Assembly (NCBI RefSeq): GCF_028293085.1
Contig: NZ_JAQGLC010000082.1
Span: forward strand, 7,615 to 71,614
Direction of reading: 5' to 3'
Origin: Sphingomonas bacterium
GTDB lineage: Bacteria; Pseudomonadota; Alphaproteobacteria; Sphingomonadales; Sphingomonadaceae
Length of the DNA: 64,000 nt
The notes under the pieces were generated by a model. That model was given only the letters and a program-made list of their open reading frames with translations. It ran no database searches and had not been told where the DNA came from. The position numbers and the translations under genes are program-made. Shown here in pieces: positions 10,126-20,272 of the stretch (position 1 is its first letter; every line of letters begins with the position of its first letter).

Positions 10126-12243
10126 TCATTCGCCGATCACGACTTTGGCGTCCACCGCGATCACGCCGCCGTCATCGGGCTGGACCAGCACCGGGTTGAC
10201 GTCGAGCGACTCCAGCGTCGGATTAGCCAGCGCGACGCGGCCCAGCATCGCCGCCGCTTCGGCCAATGCATCGATATCGTAGCGCTTGCCGCGATAGCCG
10301 GTCAGCAGCTTGCCGAACCTTGTATTCGTCAGCGCTGCCTTCGCCTCCTGCGCGGAAAAAGGCGGCACCAGGATTACCGCATCGTCGAGCAGCTCGACCA
10401 GGATGCCCCCCGCGCCGAGCACCACCACAGGCCCGACGGTCACGTCCCGCTGCACCCCCAGGATCGCCTCCAGCCCGCTCCCGATCATTTCCTCGATCAG
10501 GATCGAATCCGCGTTCGGATCGGCCTTGGCCAGCGCTGTGGAAATCTCGTTCCAGGCGTCGGCGATCTCGGCGTCGCTCCGCAGGCTCAGCGCGACAAGG
10601 CCGTACTCGCTCTTGTGCGCGATCTTGTCCGAAAGGCCCTTCATCACCAGGGGCCGTTGCAGATGGCCATGGTCGCCGATCGGCGCACCCGCCGGCAGCA
10701 CGACGCTCTGCGGCACGCGGATGCCGACCTTCTCGATCAGTCCCTTGCTCCGCGCCTCGTCGACCAGACCCGGCGTCGTCGGCAGGGTGATGTCAGGCGC
10801 GGCGAGCGTCTCGGCCGGCCGCGCCGCGCGCAGCGCCGCGGCCGCACGATGGCGTTCGATCGCCTTCAGCGCCTTGAGCAACGCCGGGCTGTTGTCGGTC
10901 AACAGGATGCCGGCATCGTTGAACCGCTTGCGCTCGGCCGCCGAGACCTGCGGCGAGATGGCGAACAGCCGGTCCATCCCGTTCTTCTTGGCCTCGACCA
11001 GCATGGCCGCGACCTGCTCGTTGATCTCGGGCTTGAGCATGACCAGGCCGAACAACAGCTGGTTGAACCCGTCCTCGCGGAAGATCTCGATGATGCGCGG
11101 GATCAGCGGGTTCTGCGCGGCGATATCGTACGGGTTGACCGGATGGCTCTGCGTCGGGAGCGCGGACAGCTCGGCCGCGCCCTTCTCCGTCGGATCCTGC
11201 AGCGGCATGCCGAGCCGCGCCATCACGTCGGCGGTCTGCGCGGCGAACCCGCCCGAGATCGACGCGATGAACGGCCGTGCGGGCGCGTCGTCATCGGACC
11301 AGTCGTAGCGCGCCAGGCACTCGGCGATCGTCGCCAGAGTCTCGAGATCGTCGGCGACGTACACGCCTTCATTCTCCAGGAAGGCGATGGTGTTGCGGTA
11401 GGATCCAGCGATCGCTCCGGTGTGCGACAGCGTCGCCTTCTGCCCGCTCTCGGATTCGCCGACCTTGATCGCGACGATCGGCTTCTTCGCCTCGCGTGCA
11501 CGGGCGAGCGCGGCACGAAAAGCCGGCATGTCGCGGATCGTCTCGAGGTAGAGGACGATCACATCGGTTGCGGGATCGTCGATCAGATAGTCGAGATAAT
11601 GCGCCACGTTCAGCACCAGCTCGTTGCCGCAGGTCGCGGTCTTGCCGATGCCGAGTCCGCACTGGCCGAGCCGGCTCAGGATCGAGCTCACCATCGCGCC
11701 GCTCTGCGAGACGACGCCGATGCGCCCCGGCTTGACGGCGTCGGGGTAGAGGAAGATCGGCCCGACCGACATGGCCAGCCCGCGCGCGACATTGGTGATG
11801 CCGTTGGTGTTGGGACCGGTGATCGCGACGCCCTGCGCGGCCAGCGCGAGCAGCCGCTCGTCGCGCAGCAACCCGTCGCCGCCTGCCTCGCCAAAGCCTT
11901 GCGGAATCACCACCAAAGCCCGCACCCCGCGCGCGACCAGCGCCTCGGCGGCGTCGACCGCGGCGGCGGCGGGCAGCACGATCATCGCCACGTCGATGCC
12001 GTCGGGCAGTGCGTCGATGCTGGCATAGGCGATATGCCCCATCAGCTCGGAATGACGCGGATTGACCACGCTGATGGTCCCGTCGAAGCCGAGCATGTTC
12101 ATTGCGGTCAGCGGCGAGCTGCCGAGCTTGGTCGGATCCGCCGTTGCCCCGATGATCGCGATCGACCTGGGTTCGAACAGCAGATGCATCGCATCGCGCA
12201 CCGAAGGCGCGGCGGCGGGGCGGCCGGCATCGATCAGGGTCAT
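10126..12243 (-). CDS. ADP-forming acyl-CoA synthetase (acetate-CoA ligase family, fused alpha/beta)
   Basis: PRSIAIIGA, GPNTNG, SQSGA, SHTGAIAG (phospho-His), HKSEYGLV, LDVNPV; start at ATG 12243. Confidence 0.9.
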   Translation of the reverse strand: MTLIDAGRPAAAPSVRDAMHLLFEPRSIAIIGATADPTKLGSSPLTAMNMLGFDGTISVVNPRHSELMGHIAYASIDALPDGIDVAMIVLPAAAAVDAAEALVARGVRALVVIPQGFGEAGGDGLLRDERLLALAAQGVAITGPNTNGITNVARGLAMSVGPIFLYPDAVKPGRIGVVSQSGAMVSSILSRLGQCGLGIGKTATCGNELVLNVAHYLDYLIDDPATDVIVLYLETIRDMPAFRAALARAREAKKPIVAIKVGESESGQKATLSHTGAIAGSYRNTIAFLENEGVYVADDLETLATIAECLARYDWSDDDAPARPFIASISGGFAAQTADVMARLGMPLQDPTEKGAAELSALPTQSHPVNPYDIAAQNPLIPRIIEIFREDGFNQLLFGLVMLKPEINEQVAAMLVEAKKNGMDRLFAISPQVSAAERKRFNDAGILLTDNSPALLKALKAIERHRAAAALRAARPAETLAAPDITLPTTPGLVDEARSKGLIEKVGIRVPQSVVLPAGAPIGDHGHLQRPLVMKGLSDKIAHKSEYGLVALSLRSDAEIADAWNEISTALAKADPNADSILIEEMIGSGLEAILGVQRDVTVGPVVVLGAGGILVELLDDAVILVPPFSAQEAKAALTNTRFGKLLTGYRGKRYDIDALAEAAAMLGRVALANPTLESLDVNPVLVQPDDGGVIAVDAKVVIGE

Positions 12244-13253
12244 GTGGTTTCCTTGGCGGATTGGGGTGCGCCGCAGCCGGTGGTCAGGAACTGCCAGAGG
12301 CCGCCCTCGGCCTCCCGCGCGGCACGCCCCAGCCGCTCGGCCCAATGGCCGTCGCTGCCGAAGTCGAGCCGCCATTCCCACAGTCGGCGCGTGAAATAAT
12401 GGAGCATATGTTCGTCGGTCACGCCGATCGCGCCATGCACCTGATGCGCGATCGCCGCGGCGATGCGCGCGGCTTCGCCCGCACGGATCTTAGCGATCGC
12501 CCCCGCATGGCCGAGCTGCCCCGCATCGAGCGCCGCCCAGGCGACGTCCGCGGCGGACCGTGCCGCGGCTGCCTCGGCGGCCAGCTTGGCGAGCAATTGC
12601 TGCACCGCCTGGAAGCGCCCGATCGGTCGCCCGAACTGCTGGCGGACATTGGCGTACTCGACCGACAGTGTGAGCACGCGCCCGACCGCCCCGGCGATCT
12701 GGCTGGCCCGCAGCATCGCGCCGAGCGTCGCCGTATCGGGAAGGGCATTGGGCCACGCCGCTTCAGCCAGCGGTGCAACGGTCGTGAGATCGAACAGCGC
12801 GCGAGGCTGGCGCGAGATCGACGCCTGCGCTTCCGCTGCGAGACCGTCGGTCGGGATGAGATGCACCTTGCCGTCACGACTCAGCAGGAGATGCTCCGGC
12901 GCGAAGCCGACCGACGCGCTGTCGCCGTTCGCCAGCCCGATCGCACCCGCCGGCGCCTCGATCCCGGCGCGCGCCAGCACACAGCGCGCGAGCATCGTTT
13001 CGCCGATCGGCAGCGGGACCGCGTGGTAGCCGAACAGCGCGAACAGCGCCCCGGCATCGGCGAAGCGCAGCCCGCCATCCTCGGGCGTGATGGCGAGCGC
13101 ATCGGCCAGCCCGAACGCCTCGACCGCCTCCGCCAGCGCGGCTGGCCGCTCGCCTGCCTCGATCGACACCAGCAGCTCGCGGTCGATCAGGTCGCCGAAC
13201 AGTCGGCCGGCCTGATCGCTCAGCATCGTGAGAAGGTCGTCATTGCCGCTCAT
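12240..13253 (-). CDS. acyl-CoA dehydrogenase, short (beta-type) subunit
   Basis: YANVRQQFGRPIGRFQAVQ, HQVHGAIGVTDEH; lacks the N-terminal FAD motif; coupled to upstream ACAD. Confidence 0.85.
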   Translation of the reverse strand: MSGNDDLLTMLSDQAGRLFGDLIDRELLVSIEAGERPAALAEAVEAFGLADALAITPEDGGLRFADAGALFALFGYHAVPLPIGETMLARCVLARAGIEAPAGAIGLANGDSASVGFAPEHLLLSRDGKVHLIPTDGLAAEAQASISRQPRALFDLTTVAPLAEAAWPNALPDTATLGAMLRASQIAGAVGRVLTLSVEYANVRQQFGRPIGRFQAVQQLLAKLAAEAAAARSAADVAWAALDAGQLGHAGAIAKIRAGEAARIAAAIAHQVHGAIGVTDEHMLHYFTRRLWEWRLDFGSDGHWAERLGRAAREAEGGLWQFLTTGCGAPQSAKETT

Positions 13254-14395
13254 CTGAGACCCAGCCCCCGCGCGGTCATGCCGCGCATGATCTCGCGCGT
13301 GCCCCCGCGCAGCGAAAAGGTCGGTGTGGTCTGCGTCAGAAAGGCGAGCGCATCCTCCAGCCCGCCATCGCCGGGCAGGCCCGGACCGCAATCGAGCAGG
13401 TCGTTCAGCAATGCCGGCGTCTCCTGCTCGAGGTCGACGCCGAGATCCTTGACCAGGGCGGCTTCCTGAAGGGGCGTCAGCCCCTGTTCGAGCATCCCCG
13501 CCACTGCCAGCGACATGCCGCGCAAGGTGGCATAGCGCGCAACCAGGCTGCCGATCGCGCGATCCGCCGAGCTGTCGTCGAGCCGATCGAGCGCGGGCTG
13601 GAGCACCGGGAAGCTGCTGAGATACCGGTCCGGCCCGGACCGCTCATAAGCGAGTTCGGCATTGGCCTGGGCCCAGCCTTCGCCCTCGCGTCCGATCAAC
13701 ATGGTCTCGGGCACAATCGTGCCGTCGAAATGGACCTCGTTGAAATGCGCCTCGCCGGTCAGGTCGGCGATCGGCTTGATCGAGATGCCCGGCAAGGTGA
13801 GGTCGATCAGGAATTGCGACAGCCCGGACTGGCGCGCGCCCTCCGCCGCCGGCGCGGTACGGACGAGGCCGATCATGTAATCGCTGGCATGGGCGTTGGT
13901 CGTCCACACCTTGGTGCCGTCGATCTGCCAGCCGCCCTCGACCCGCACAGCACGCGTGCGCAATGACGCGAGGTCCGATCCGGAATCGGGCTCCGACAGG
14001 CCGATGCAGAAGGAAAGCTCGCCCGCGGCGATGCGCGGCAGGAAGGCGCGGCGCTGCTCCTCGGTGCCGGAGCGCAGCAACAACGGCCCGCTTTGCCGGT
14101 CGCCGAACCAGTGCGCCCCCACCGGTGCGCCGGCAGCGAGCATCTCCTCGAGCACCACATAGCGTTCGAGCGCCGATCGCTCATGGCCGCCATATTCCCT
14201 GGGCCAGGTCATCCCGATCCAGCCCCGTGCGCCGACGGCTTGCGAGAAGCCGCGATCGAACTTCGTCCAGCTATGTGCGCGATCGACCAGGGTCCATCTG
14301 GCACCATGCTCGGCGAGAAAGCCACGAACCTCGCGGCGCAGCGCCTCCGCTTCGGATGGCAGGCCTGTCGGCGGAAAGCTGAAGGCCTGGCTCAT
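13250..14395 (-). CDS. acyl-CoA dehydrogenase, alpha-type subunit
   Basis: FCIGLSEPDSGSDLASL, GTKVWTTNAH, HFNEVHFD, LAYERSG, SLRGGTREI. Confidence 0.92.
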   Translation of the reverse strand: MSQAFSFPPTGLPSEAEALRREVRGFLAEHGARWTLVDRAHSWTKFDRGFSQAVGARGWIGMTWPREYGGHERSALERYVVLEEMLAAGAPVGAHWFGDRQSGPLLLRSGTEEQRRAFLPRIAAGELSFCIGLSEPDSGSDLASLRTRAVRVEGGWQIDGTKVWTTNAHASDYMIGLVRTAPAAEGARQSGLSQFLIDLTLPGISIKPIADLTGEAHFNEVHFDGTIVPETMLIGREGEGWAQANAELAYERSGPDRYLSSFPVLQPALDRLDDSSADRAIGSLVARYATLRGMSLAVAGMLEQGLTPLQEAALVKDLGVDLEQETPALLNDLLDCGPGLPGDGGLEDALAFLTQTTPTFSLRGGTREIMRGMTARGLGLR

Positions 14396-15279
14396 GCGCG
14401 CGGCCCGTGAATGCGCAGCGTCTCGCGGGCTGTCTCGACATGGGCGATGTCGACATGCTCCCCGCGGTACATCACCGCCGCCTTGCCGCTTGCCTCCGCC
14501 TCGGCAAAGGCCGTGATCATGCCCTCATAATAGTCGCGATCGGCATCGCTCAGCGAATAGACCTCATTGACCACCGCGACGTTGGACGGATGCAACACGA
14601 TCTCCCCGGTAAAGCCGAGGCTGCGGTTGAAGGTGGCGAAGCTACGCAACCCCTCCAGGTCGTGAACGTCCTGCCACAGCCCGCCGATCGGGAAGGTCTT
14701 GCCCGCGGCGCGGCAGGCGATGATCGTTTTCGACCGGAAATAAAGCGTCTCCAGGCCCTCCATCGACCAGGTGAAGCCGAGCGCCCGGGCGACATCGGCA
14801 TTTTTCGCGGCGGAGGCGACGAGCGTCTGGACGCGCGGGTGCGAGGCGATCTGGAAGGCGAGCTCTGCCGCGCGCGCCATCTCCAGCGCGACGACGAACT
14901 GCGTGACGCCGATCTCCATGCCCTTCCGGTGCTCGACCTCGGACACCATCCGCGCCAGCATCTCCACATCGTCCGGGCCGGAAACCTTGGCGACGAACAG
15001 CCCGGTCAGTCCGGGCTGGACCACGGCCTGCACATCCTCCCAATCGGGCATGTGCGTCCCGGGGTTGGCGCGGACATAGAGCAGGCCGTTCGCCGGATCG
15101 TGCTTGCCCACCGCCTCTGCGACGATCGCCCGGGCATTGGCCTTCTCGGCGACAGGCACGCTGTCCTCCAGATCGAGCACCAGCGCATCGGCACCGGCTT
15201 TCGCCGCTTTCTCGATCCACGAGGCGCGATTGCCGGGGACGAACAGCATGGATCGGATGGGGCGTGTCGGACGGCTCAC
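14392..15279 (-). CDS. CitE/HpcH-HpaI family acyl-CoA lyase
   Basis: RSMLFVPGN, DALVLDLEDSV, LGFTG..LHP, EHVD; GTG start with GGGGAG RBS. Confidence 0.88.
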   Translation of the reverse strand: MSRPTRPIRSMLFVPGNRASWIEKAAKAGADALVLDLEDSVPVAEKANARAIVAEAVGKHDPANGLLYVRANPGTHMPDWEDVQAVVQPGLTGLFVAKVSGPDDVEMLARMVSEVEHRKGMEIGVTQFVVALEMARAAELAFQIASHPRVQTLVASAAKNADVARALGFTWSMEGLETLYFRSKTIIACRAAGKTFPIGGLWQDVHDLEGLRSFATFNRSLGFTGEIVLHPSNVAVVNEVYSLSDADRDYYEGMITAFAEAEASGKAAVMYRGEHVDIAHVETARETLRIHGPRA

Positions 15280-15322
15280 TGCTGCTCCCCTGGTCCGGCT
15301 ATGATCGTCCGGTTTTCGACAA

Positions 15323-15339
15323 GATGTGCAGACAACTTT
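15323..15339 (-). promoter_or_regulatory. motif C operator (HutC/GntR-like) AAAGTTGTCTGCACATC
   Basis: 16/17 identical to 27153-27169; in a divergent promoter region. Confidence 0.55.
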
Positions 15340-15370
15340 ATGGAGCGACCCGCCCGCTGTCAACGGATAC

Positions 15371-15406
15371 CGCGCTATAGAGAGTGCTTGTTTTCTCTTA
15401 TGCGAA
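15371..15406. promoter_or_regulatory. motif B sites (CGCGCTATAGAGAG; TTCTCTTATGCGAA)
   Basis: Resemble TTCKC-W4-GNGAA copies at 18169 and 27541. Confidence 0.4.
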
Positions 15407-15473
15407 CGTTATTCTCTGATAATAATAGCCATGACGGGTGCCAGAGGGCAGCCCGCTCAGCAGGAGCAGGATC

Positions 15474-15998
15474 ATGTCGGACGGGGCTTTGGCGGCGCGA
15501 ATCGCACGATTGGAGGATCGCGAGGCGATCAGAACGCTGTGCAGCCGATACTCGCTGGCGGTCGACGATCATGACTTCGATACGCTCGCGACGCTGTTCG
15601 CGCCCGATGCCCTGTACGGATGGGTAAACGCGCCGCCGCAGGGCGTCGGCCGCGAGGCGGTGATGGAGGTGCTGCGCAGCCGCATCGCACCCGCCGGGCC
15701 CAGCTTCCACGTCAATCACGACATGTTCGTCGATTGGGACGAGCACGACCCGACCCGCGCCGGCGGCATGGTCTTCTGCCATGCCGAGGTCTGCCCCGCC
15801 GGCACGCAGCTCATCGGCGCGATCCGTTACCGCGACAAATATGTGAAGGCGGAGGGCCACTGGATGTTGGCGGAGCGCTTCCTGAGCTTCCTCTATTTCA
15901 CGCCGCTGGATCAATATCCCGGCATCCTGGCCCTGCGCGAGCGGTTGCGTTTCATGAGTCCGCCCCAGCCGGCGCACTGGCCGGCCTACGCCGTCTAG
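15474..15998 (+). CDS. NTF2/SnoaL-like protein (copy 2)
   Basis: LEDREAIRTLCSRYSLAVDDHD, SFHVNHD, HAEV, RYRDKY; shares a PLDQYPGIL tail with copy 1. Confidence 0.85.
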   Translation: MSDGALAARIARLEDREAIRTLCSRYSLAVDDHDFDTLATLFAPDALYGWVNAPPQGVGREAVMEVLRSRIAPAGPSFHVNHDMFVDWDEHDPTRAGGMVFCHAEVCPAGTQLIGAIRYRDKYVKAEGHWMLAERFLSFLYFTPLDQYPGILALRERLRFMSPPQPAHWPAYAV

Positions 15999-16044
15999 GG
16001 TTACCGCCTCGACTTGAGGCCCATCCTGTTGGTACCCACGCGGG

Positions 16045-16797
16045 ATGGGGCAGGATGAGATCGAGAAACCAAGAACCGGATACCGCCAGATCGCGACCAC
16101 GTTGATCGAAGAGATCCGCGACGGTGCGTGGCGGGTCGGCGAAAAGCTGCCGACCGAATCCGCACTGGTCGACCGTTTCGGGGTCAGCCGCAACACGGTG
16201 CGCGAGGCGCTGCGCGAACTCCAGGATTTCGGCTATCTCAGCAAGCGGCGCGGCACCCGGTCTGAGGTCGTGCGCTCCGCGCCCGACACCAGCTTCGTGA
16301 ATTCGATCCGCTCGGTGGGGGAGCTGCTCGATTATGTGAAGGCCGCGCACAGCACCCTCTTGTCGGCGGACCGCGTCCTCCTGCTCGAGGATCAGGCGCG
16401 ACAGCTCGATTGCACGGCGGGCAGCGAATGGGTGCGGCTTCAGCTGCTCCGGCGGCGCGAACCCACCGGCGCACCCTTCTGCTATTCGGAGGCCTATATT
16501 GATCCGAGGTTCGCCGACGTCGTCGGATCGCTGGGGCCGGCCTATGATATCCACAGGGCGATCGAGGAGCATTACGGCGTGGTTATCGCCCGGGTGATCC
16601 AGCAGATCGAGGCTGCCTCGGCCAGCGCGGGCGTCGCGCTCAAGCTCCAGGTGCCGGCGGGCGCGCCGATTCTGCTCGCCCGGACGACCTTCCTGTCGGC
16701 CGCCGGCGAGGTGGTGGAGCTCGGCCTCGCGCACTTCGCGACCGGGCGTTACCGCATGAAGATGGCGCTCGACCGACGGCGGGTGACCGGGGCCTAG
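16045..16797 (+). CDS. GntR (HutC/UTRA) regulator, paralog of 9307-10092
   Basis: KLPTESALVDRFGVSRNTVREAL; FVNSIRSVGELLDY. Confidence 0.92.
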   Translation: MGQDEIEKPRTGYRQIATTLIEEIRDGAWRVGEKLPTESALVDRFGVSRNTVREALRELQDFGYLSKRRGTRSEVVRSAPDTSFVNSIRSVGELLDYVKAAHSTLLSADRVLLLEDQARQLDCTAGSEWVRLQLLRRREPTGAPFCYSEAYIDPRFADVVGSLGPAYDIHRAIEEHYGVVIARVIQQIEAASASAGVALKLQVPAGAPILLARTTFLSAAGEVVELGLAHFATGRYRMKMALDRRRVTGA

Positions 16798-17261
16798 CCT
16801 TGCGCGAAACGGGCCGGCTGGATCAACTCGATGCTGATCCCGTCGCCATCCTTCAGATAGATGGCGAGCGCGCCGTTGTTGGGGCCGTCACCGGTGCTGG
16901 TGATCACGCCGCCCAGCGGCATCAGGCCGTACGCGGCGGCCTCGGCGACGACGGCGTCGAGGTCGCTGACGTCGAAGGTGATGTGGGCGTAACCGGTGGC
17001 GCTTGGTCTGGCGTCGATCCGCCCGGTATCCGATGGCGCGAGATAGGAAATGAGTTCGATCCCGACCAGGCCGGGGCGGCGCAGATGCGCGACCATGATG
17101 TCGGCGCCGGCGATGCCGGTGAGTGTCTCGATGTTCGACCTGTCGCGGCCGCCATGCGAGACGAGCGTGTAGCCGAACACCTCAGTGAACATCGCGATGG
17201 CGCGATCCTTGTCGGTGACGGTGAAGCCGACATGGTTGGTGGCGAGGATCTTGTCGGACAT
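16794..17261 (-). CDS. VOC family metalloprotein
   Basis: NHVGFTV..IELISY..AHITFDV..DGDGISIELIQ paired His/Glu motifs; start ATG 17261. Confidence 0.85.
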   Translation of the reverse strand: MSDKILATNHVGFTVTDKDRAIAMFTEVFGYTLVSHGGRDRSNIETLTGIAGADIMVAHLRRPGLVGIELISYLAPSDTGRIDARPSATGYAHITFDVSDLDAVVAEAAAYGLMPLGGVITSTGDGPNNGALAIYLKDGDGISIELIQPARFAQG

Positions 17262-17272
17262 GCGCTTTCTCC

Positions 17273-18133
17273 TCAGCTGAATGCGAACCGGCCATTGTCG
17301 ATCGCCAGTATGTCGCGATCGCGCGCGCGCACCTGGAAGGCGGCGAGCCCGGGCCGTTCGATCCAATAGGCCAAATCAAGTGCCTCGCCCGGAAAGACCG
17401 GCCTGGTGAAGCGGACGTCGAGCGCCCGGAACCGGGCGACATCGCCGTCGCATAGCGCGCGCAGCAACACCTGGCACGCCATCCCATAGGTTGCGAGGCC
17501 GTGCAGCACGGGGCCGGGAAAGCCGGCGGCCCGGGCGATGGTCGGATCGGCATGTAGTGGATTGAGATCGCCCGACAGGCGGTAGATCAGCGCCTGTTGC
17601 GGCGATCCGGGGATGGCGATGGTTCCGTCCGGCGCGCGATCGGGAATGGCATGGGGGGCAATGGAGGCCGCGCCGGTGCCGCCCTTGCCGCCATCGCCGC
17701 GGCACATGATGGTCGAGGTGAGCGTGGCGAGCAGCGCCCCGGTCGCGTCATCGGCGATCGTCTCCGCGACCTGGACGAGCGCGCCCTTGTCGGCGCCCTT
17801 GTCGACTATTCCTGTCACCCGGGTCTTGCGACGGATCGTACCGCAGACGGGCAGCGGAGCCTCGACGCGCAGGCCCTGCTCTCCGTGCAGCACGTGCAGC
17901 ATGTCGATCCCGGTCGGCAACTGCTCGACCCAGAAGCCCGAATAGCCGAGGATCGTCGCCATTGTCGGCAGCACTGCAAGGCGCGATTCATCCACGAAGG
18001 CAAGCTGTCGCTCGTCCATCGGGTCCATCCCAACCCCGACCCCAAGCGCGTACAGCGCACAATCGCGCCAGTCGTACGTCTGCTCGGTCTCGGCTATATC
18101 GAGCGCAAGCAAGGCCTGCGGATCAAATGCCAT
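17273..18133 (-). CDS. double hot-dog MaoC (R)-specific enoyl-CoA hydratase (hydratase-2 type)
   Basis: LYALGVG, VLHGEQ, IYRLSGDLNPLHADP, LHGLATYG. Confidence 0.9.
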   Translation of the reverse strand: MAFDPQALLALDIAETEQTYDWRDCALYALGVGVGMDPMDERQLAFVDESRLAVLPTMATILGYSGFWVEQLPTGIDMLHVLHGEQGLRVEAPLPVCGTIRRKTRVTGIVDKGADKGALVQVAETIADDATGALLATLTSTIMCRGDGGKGGTGAASIAPHAIPDRAPDGTIAIPGSPQQALIYRLSGDLNPLHADPTIARAAGFPGPVLHGLATYGMACQVLLRALCDGDVARFRALDVRFTRPVFPGEALDLAYWIERPGLAAFQVRARDRDILAIDNGRFAFS

Positions 18134-18168
18134 TCGCGCCTCTCCGACCATCGCTCTTGATAGAGAAT

Positions 18169-18186
18169 AATATTCGCTATAGCGAT
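18169..18186. promoter_or_regulatory. motif B site AATATTCGCTATAGCGAT
   Basis: Palindromic core TCGCTATAGCGA in a divergent promoter; 15/18 match to 27541-27558. Confidence 0.5.
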
Positions 18187-18240
18187 GGCTCATAGCGCAT
18201 CGAGCATAGACCGAAAAGACGGCAAAGAGGGAGAGCGTCC

Positions 18241-19053
18241 ATGGAAGACCAACCTGGGGCCGGGATCCGCCCGCCCGATGTGCTTCGCGACGGTCTGTTC
18301 GCCGGCAAGTCCGGGCTGGTCAGCGGCGCCGGATCGGGCATTGGCCGCGCCATCGCGCTTCGCCTCGTCGCGCTCGGCATGGATGTAGTCGGCACCGGCC
18401 GACGTGCCGAGCTACTCGCGGAAACACTGCGCCAGGCCGAGGGCATGGCGGGCAGCTTCGCCTTCGAAACCTGCGATCTGCGTGACGCCGAGGCCGCCGA
18501 GGCGCTGGTCCGCACCGTCGGCGAACGGCAAGGGATCGATCTGCTGGTCAACAATGCCGGCGGGCAATTCTATGCGCCCGCTATCGACATCACGCGCAAA
18601 GGCTGGGACGCGGTGATCGCGATCAACCTGTCGGCGATCTTCACCCTCACCCGCGCCGCCTACCCCTATCTCAAGGCGCGGCGAGGGAGCGTGGTCAACA
18701 TCTCGCTGTCGGGCATAGATCGGGGATCGAAGGGCCTGGCGCATTCGATCGCGGCGCGTGCCGGCGTGCTCGGCATGTCGCGCTCGATGGCGCTCGAATG
18801 GGCGGCGGACGGCATCCGCCTCAACTGCATCGGGCCCGGCGTGGTGACCACCGAGGGACTGGAGACGCCGACCGCGAAGAAGATGCTGTCGTCGCTGCTC
18901 GCCGCGACGCCCGCCGGGCGCGCCACCATGCCCGAGGAGGTGGCGGAATTGACCGCCTTCCTCGCCAGCGACGCCGGTGCGCTGATGACCGGCCAACTGA
19001 TCCAGATCGACGGTGCCGCCCATCTCGGCGCCGGCCTGCACATGATCGATTGA
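18241..19053 (+). CDS. SDR, 2,4-dienoyl-CoA/trans-2-enoyl-CoA reductase-like
   Basis: SGAGSGIG, VNNAGGQF, HSIAARAG in place of YxxxK, IGPG. Confidence 0.8.
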   Translation: MEDQPGAGIRPPDVLRDGLFAGKSGLVSGAGSGIGRAIALRLVALGMDVVGTGRRAELLAETLRQAEGMAGSFAFETCDLRDAEAAEALVRTVGERQGIDLLVNNAGGQFYAPAIDITRKGWDAVIAINLSAIFTLTRAAYPYLKARRGSVVNISLSGIDRGSKGLAHSIAARAGVLGMSRSMALEWAADGIRLNCIGPGVVTTEGLETPTAKKMLSSLLAATPAGRATMPEEVAELTAFLASDAGALMTGQLIQIDGAAHLGAGLHMID

Positions 19054-19060
19054 GGAGAGA

Positions 19061-20155
19061 ATGATGACAGCAACGGGCGGGGCGCTGGAAGGCGTCAGGA
19101 TTGTCGAATTCGCCGGTATCGGTCCGGCGCCGTTTGCGGCGATGCTGCTGGCCGATATGGGCGCCGAGATCGTCCGGGTCGATCGGCCGGCGGCAAAGCT
19201 GATGATCCCCAATCATATCACCGGGCGCGGCCGGCCGACCGTCCAGGCGGATTTGAAGGATGCGGACGATGTCGAGCGCGTCCGCGCCCTGGTCGATAGC
19301 GCCGATGCGCTGATCGAGGGCTTTCGCCCCGGCGTGATGGAGCGCCTCGGGCTCGGCCCCGATCTGCTGATCGAGCGCAACCCGCGCCTCGTCTATGCGC
19401 GCATGACAGGCTGGGGGCAGGAGGGGCCGCTCGCGCCGTTCGCGGGGCACGACATCAATTATATCGCGATCACCGGCGCGCTCGCCGCGATCGGCCCGAG
19501 CGACCGGCCCGTGCCGCCGCTCAACCTGGTCGGCGACTATGGTGGCGGTGCGCTCTATCTCGTCAACGGCGTGCTCGCAGGACTGCTTTCGGCCGGCCGC
19601 ACCGGCAAAGGCCAGGTGGTGGATTGTGCGATGTGCGACGGCGCCGTCTCGCTGATGTCGCCCTTCTTCGAAATGGCGGCGGCCGGTCGGTGGAAGCCCG
19701 AGCGCGAGGCCAATATGCTCGATGGCGGCGCGCCTTATTACGGCGTCTACCGCTGCGCCGACGGGCTCGACGTCGCGGTCGGCGCGATCGAACCGCAATT
19801 CTTCGCCGAACTGTGCCGCGGCCTCGGAATCGACGAGGCCGAGATGGCGGGGCGCAACGATCAGGCGCAATGGCCCGCGCTGCGCGAGAAGCTCGCGACC
19901 GTCATCGCCTCGAAACCGCGCGCCGAATGGTTGGAACGCCTCGAATATGGCGACGCCTGTTTCACCGGAGTCGTCACCTATGAGCAGGCGGCGGACAACC
20001 CTCATCTCGCCGCGCGGAGAAGCATGGTCGAGGTCGCCGGGCTGATGCAGCCAGCACCGGCGCCGCGCTTCCTGGGCACCCCTTCGGCGATCCGGAGCGA
20101 GCGCCGCGAGACGCTCACGCTCAATCAGGCGGCGGCCCGCTGGGTGGCGCGCTGA
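19061..20155 (+). CDS. alpha-methylacyl-CoA racemase (CaiB/BaiF family)
   Basis: AGIGPAPF, EGFRPGVMERLGLGP, AGHDINY and NLVGDYGGG (racemase His/Asp pair), NMLDGGAPYY. Confidence 0.85.
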   Translation: MMTATGGALEGVRIVEFAGIGPAPFAAMLLADMGAEIVRVDRPAAKLMIPNHITGRGRPTVQADLKDADDVERVRALVDSADALIEGFRPGVMERLGLGPDLLIERNPRLVYARMTGWGQEGPLAPFAGHDINYIAITGALAAIGPSDRPVPPLNLVGDYGGGALYLVNGVLAGLLSAGRTGKGQVVDCAMCDGAVSLMSPFFEMAAAGRWKPEREANMLDGGAPYYGVYRCADGLDVAVGAIEPQFFAELCRGLGIDEAEMAGRNDQAQWPALREKLATVIASKPRAEWLERLEYGDACFTGVVTYEQAADNPHLAARRSMVEVAGLMQPAPAPRFLGTPSAIRSERRETLTLNQAAARWVAR

Positions 20156-20272
20156 CACAATTGTCCAGACTGATCATGTTTGACCGGAGCAAAGCTGTCT
20201 GTATAACATTGTCGAGATCGGCGGCGTGCCACAGGCGCGCCGCGTCGTGACGAACAACGGGATGAGGGTGAC

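Noticed and set aside
9202-12399. 1065-aa + strand ORF and other long antisense ORFs (e.g. 1886-3709, 25542-27422, 28318-30495, 53316-54860)
   Set aside because: Shadow frames opposite well-supported genes in GC-rich DNA; no recognisable motifs
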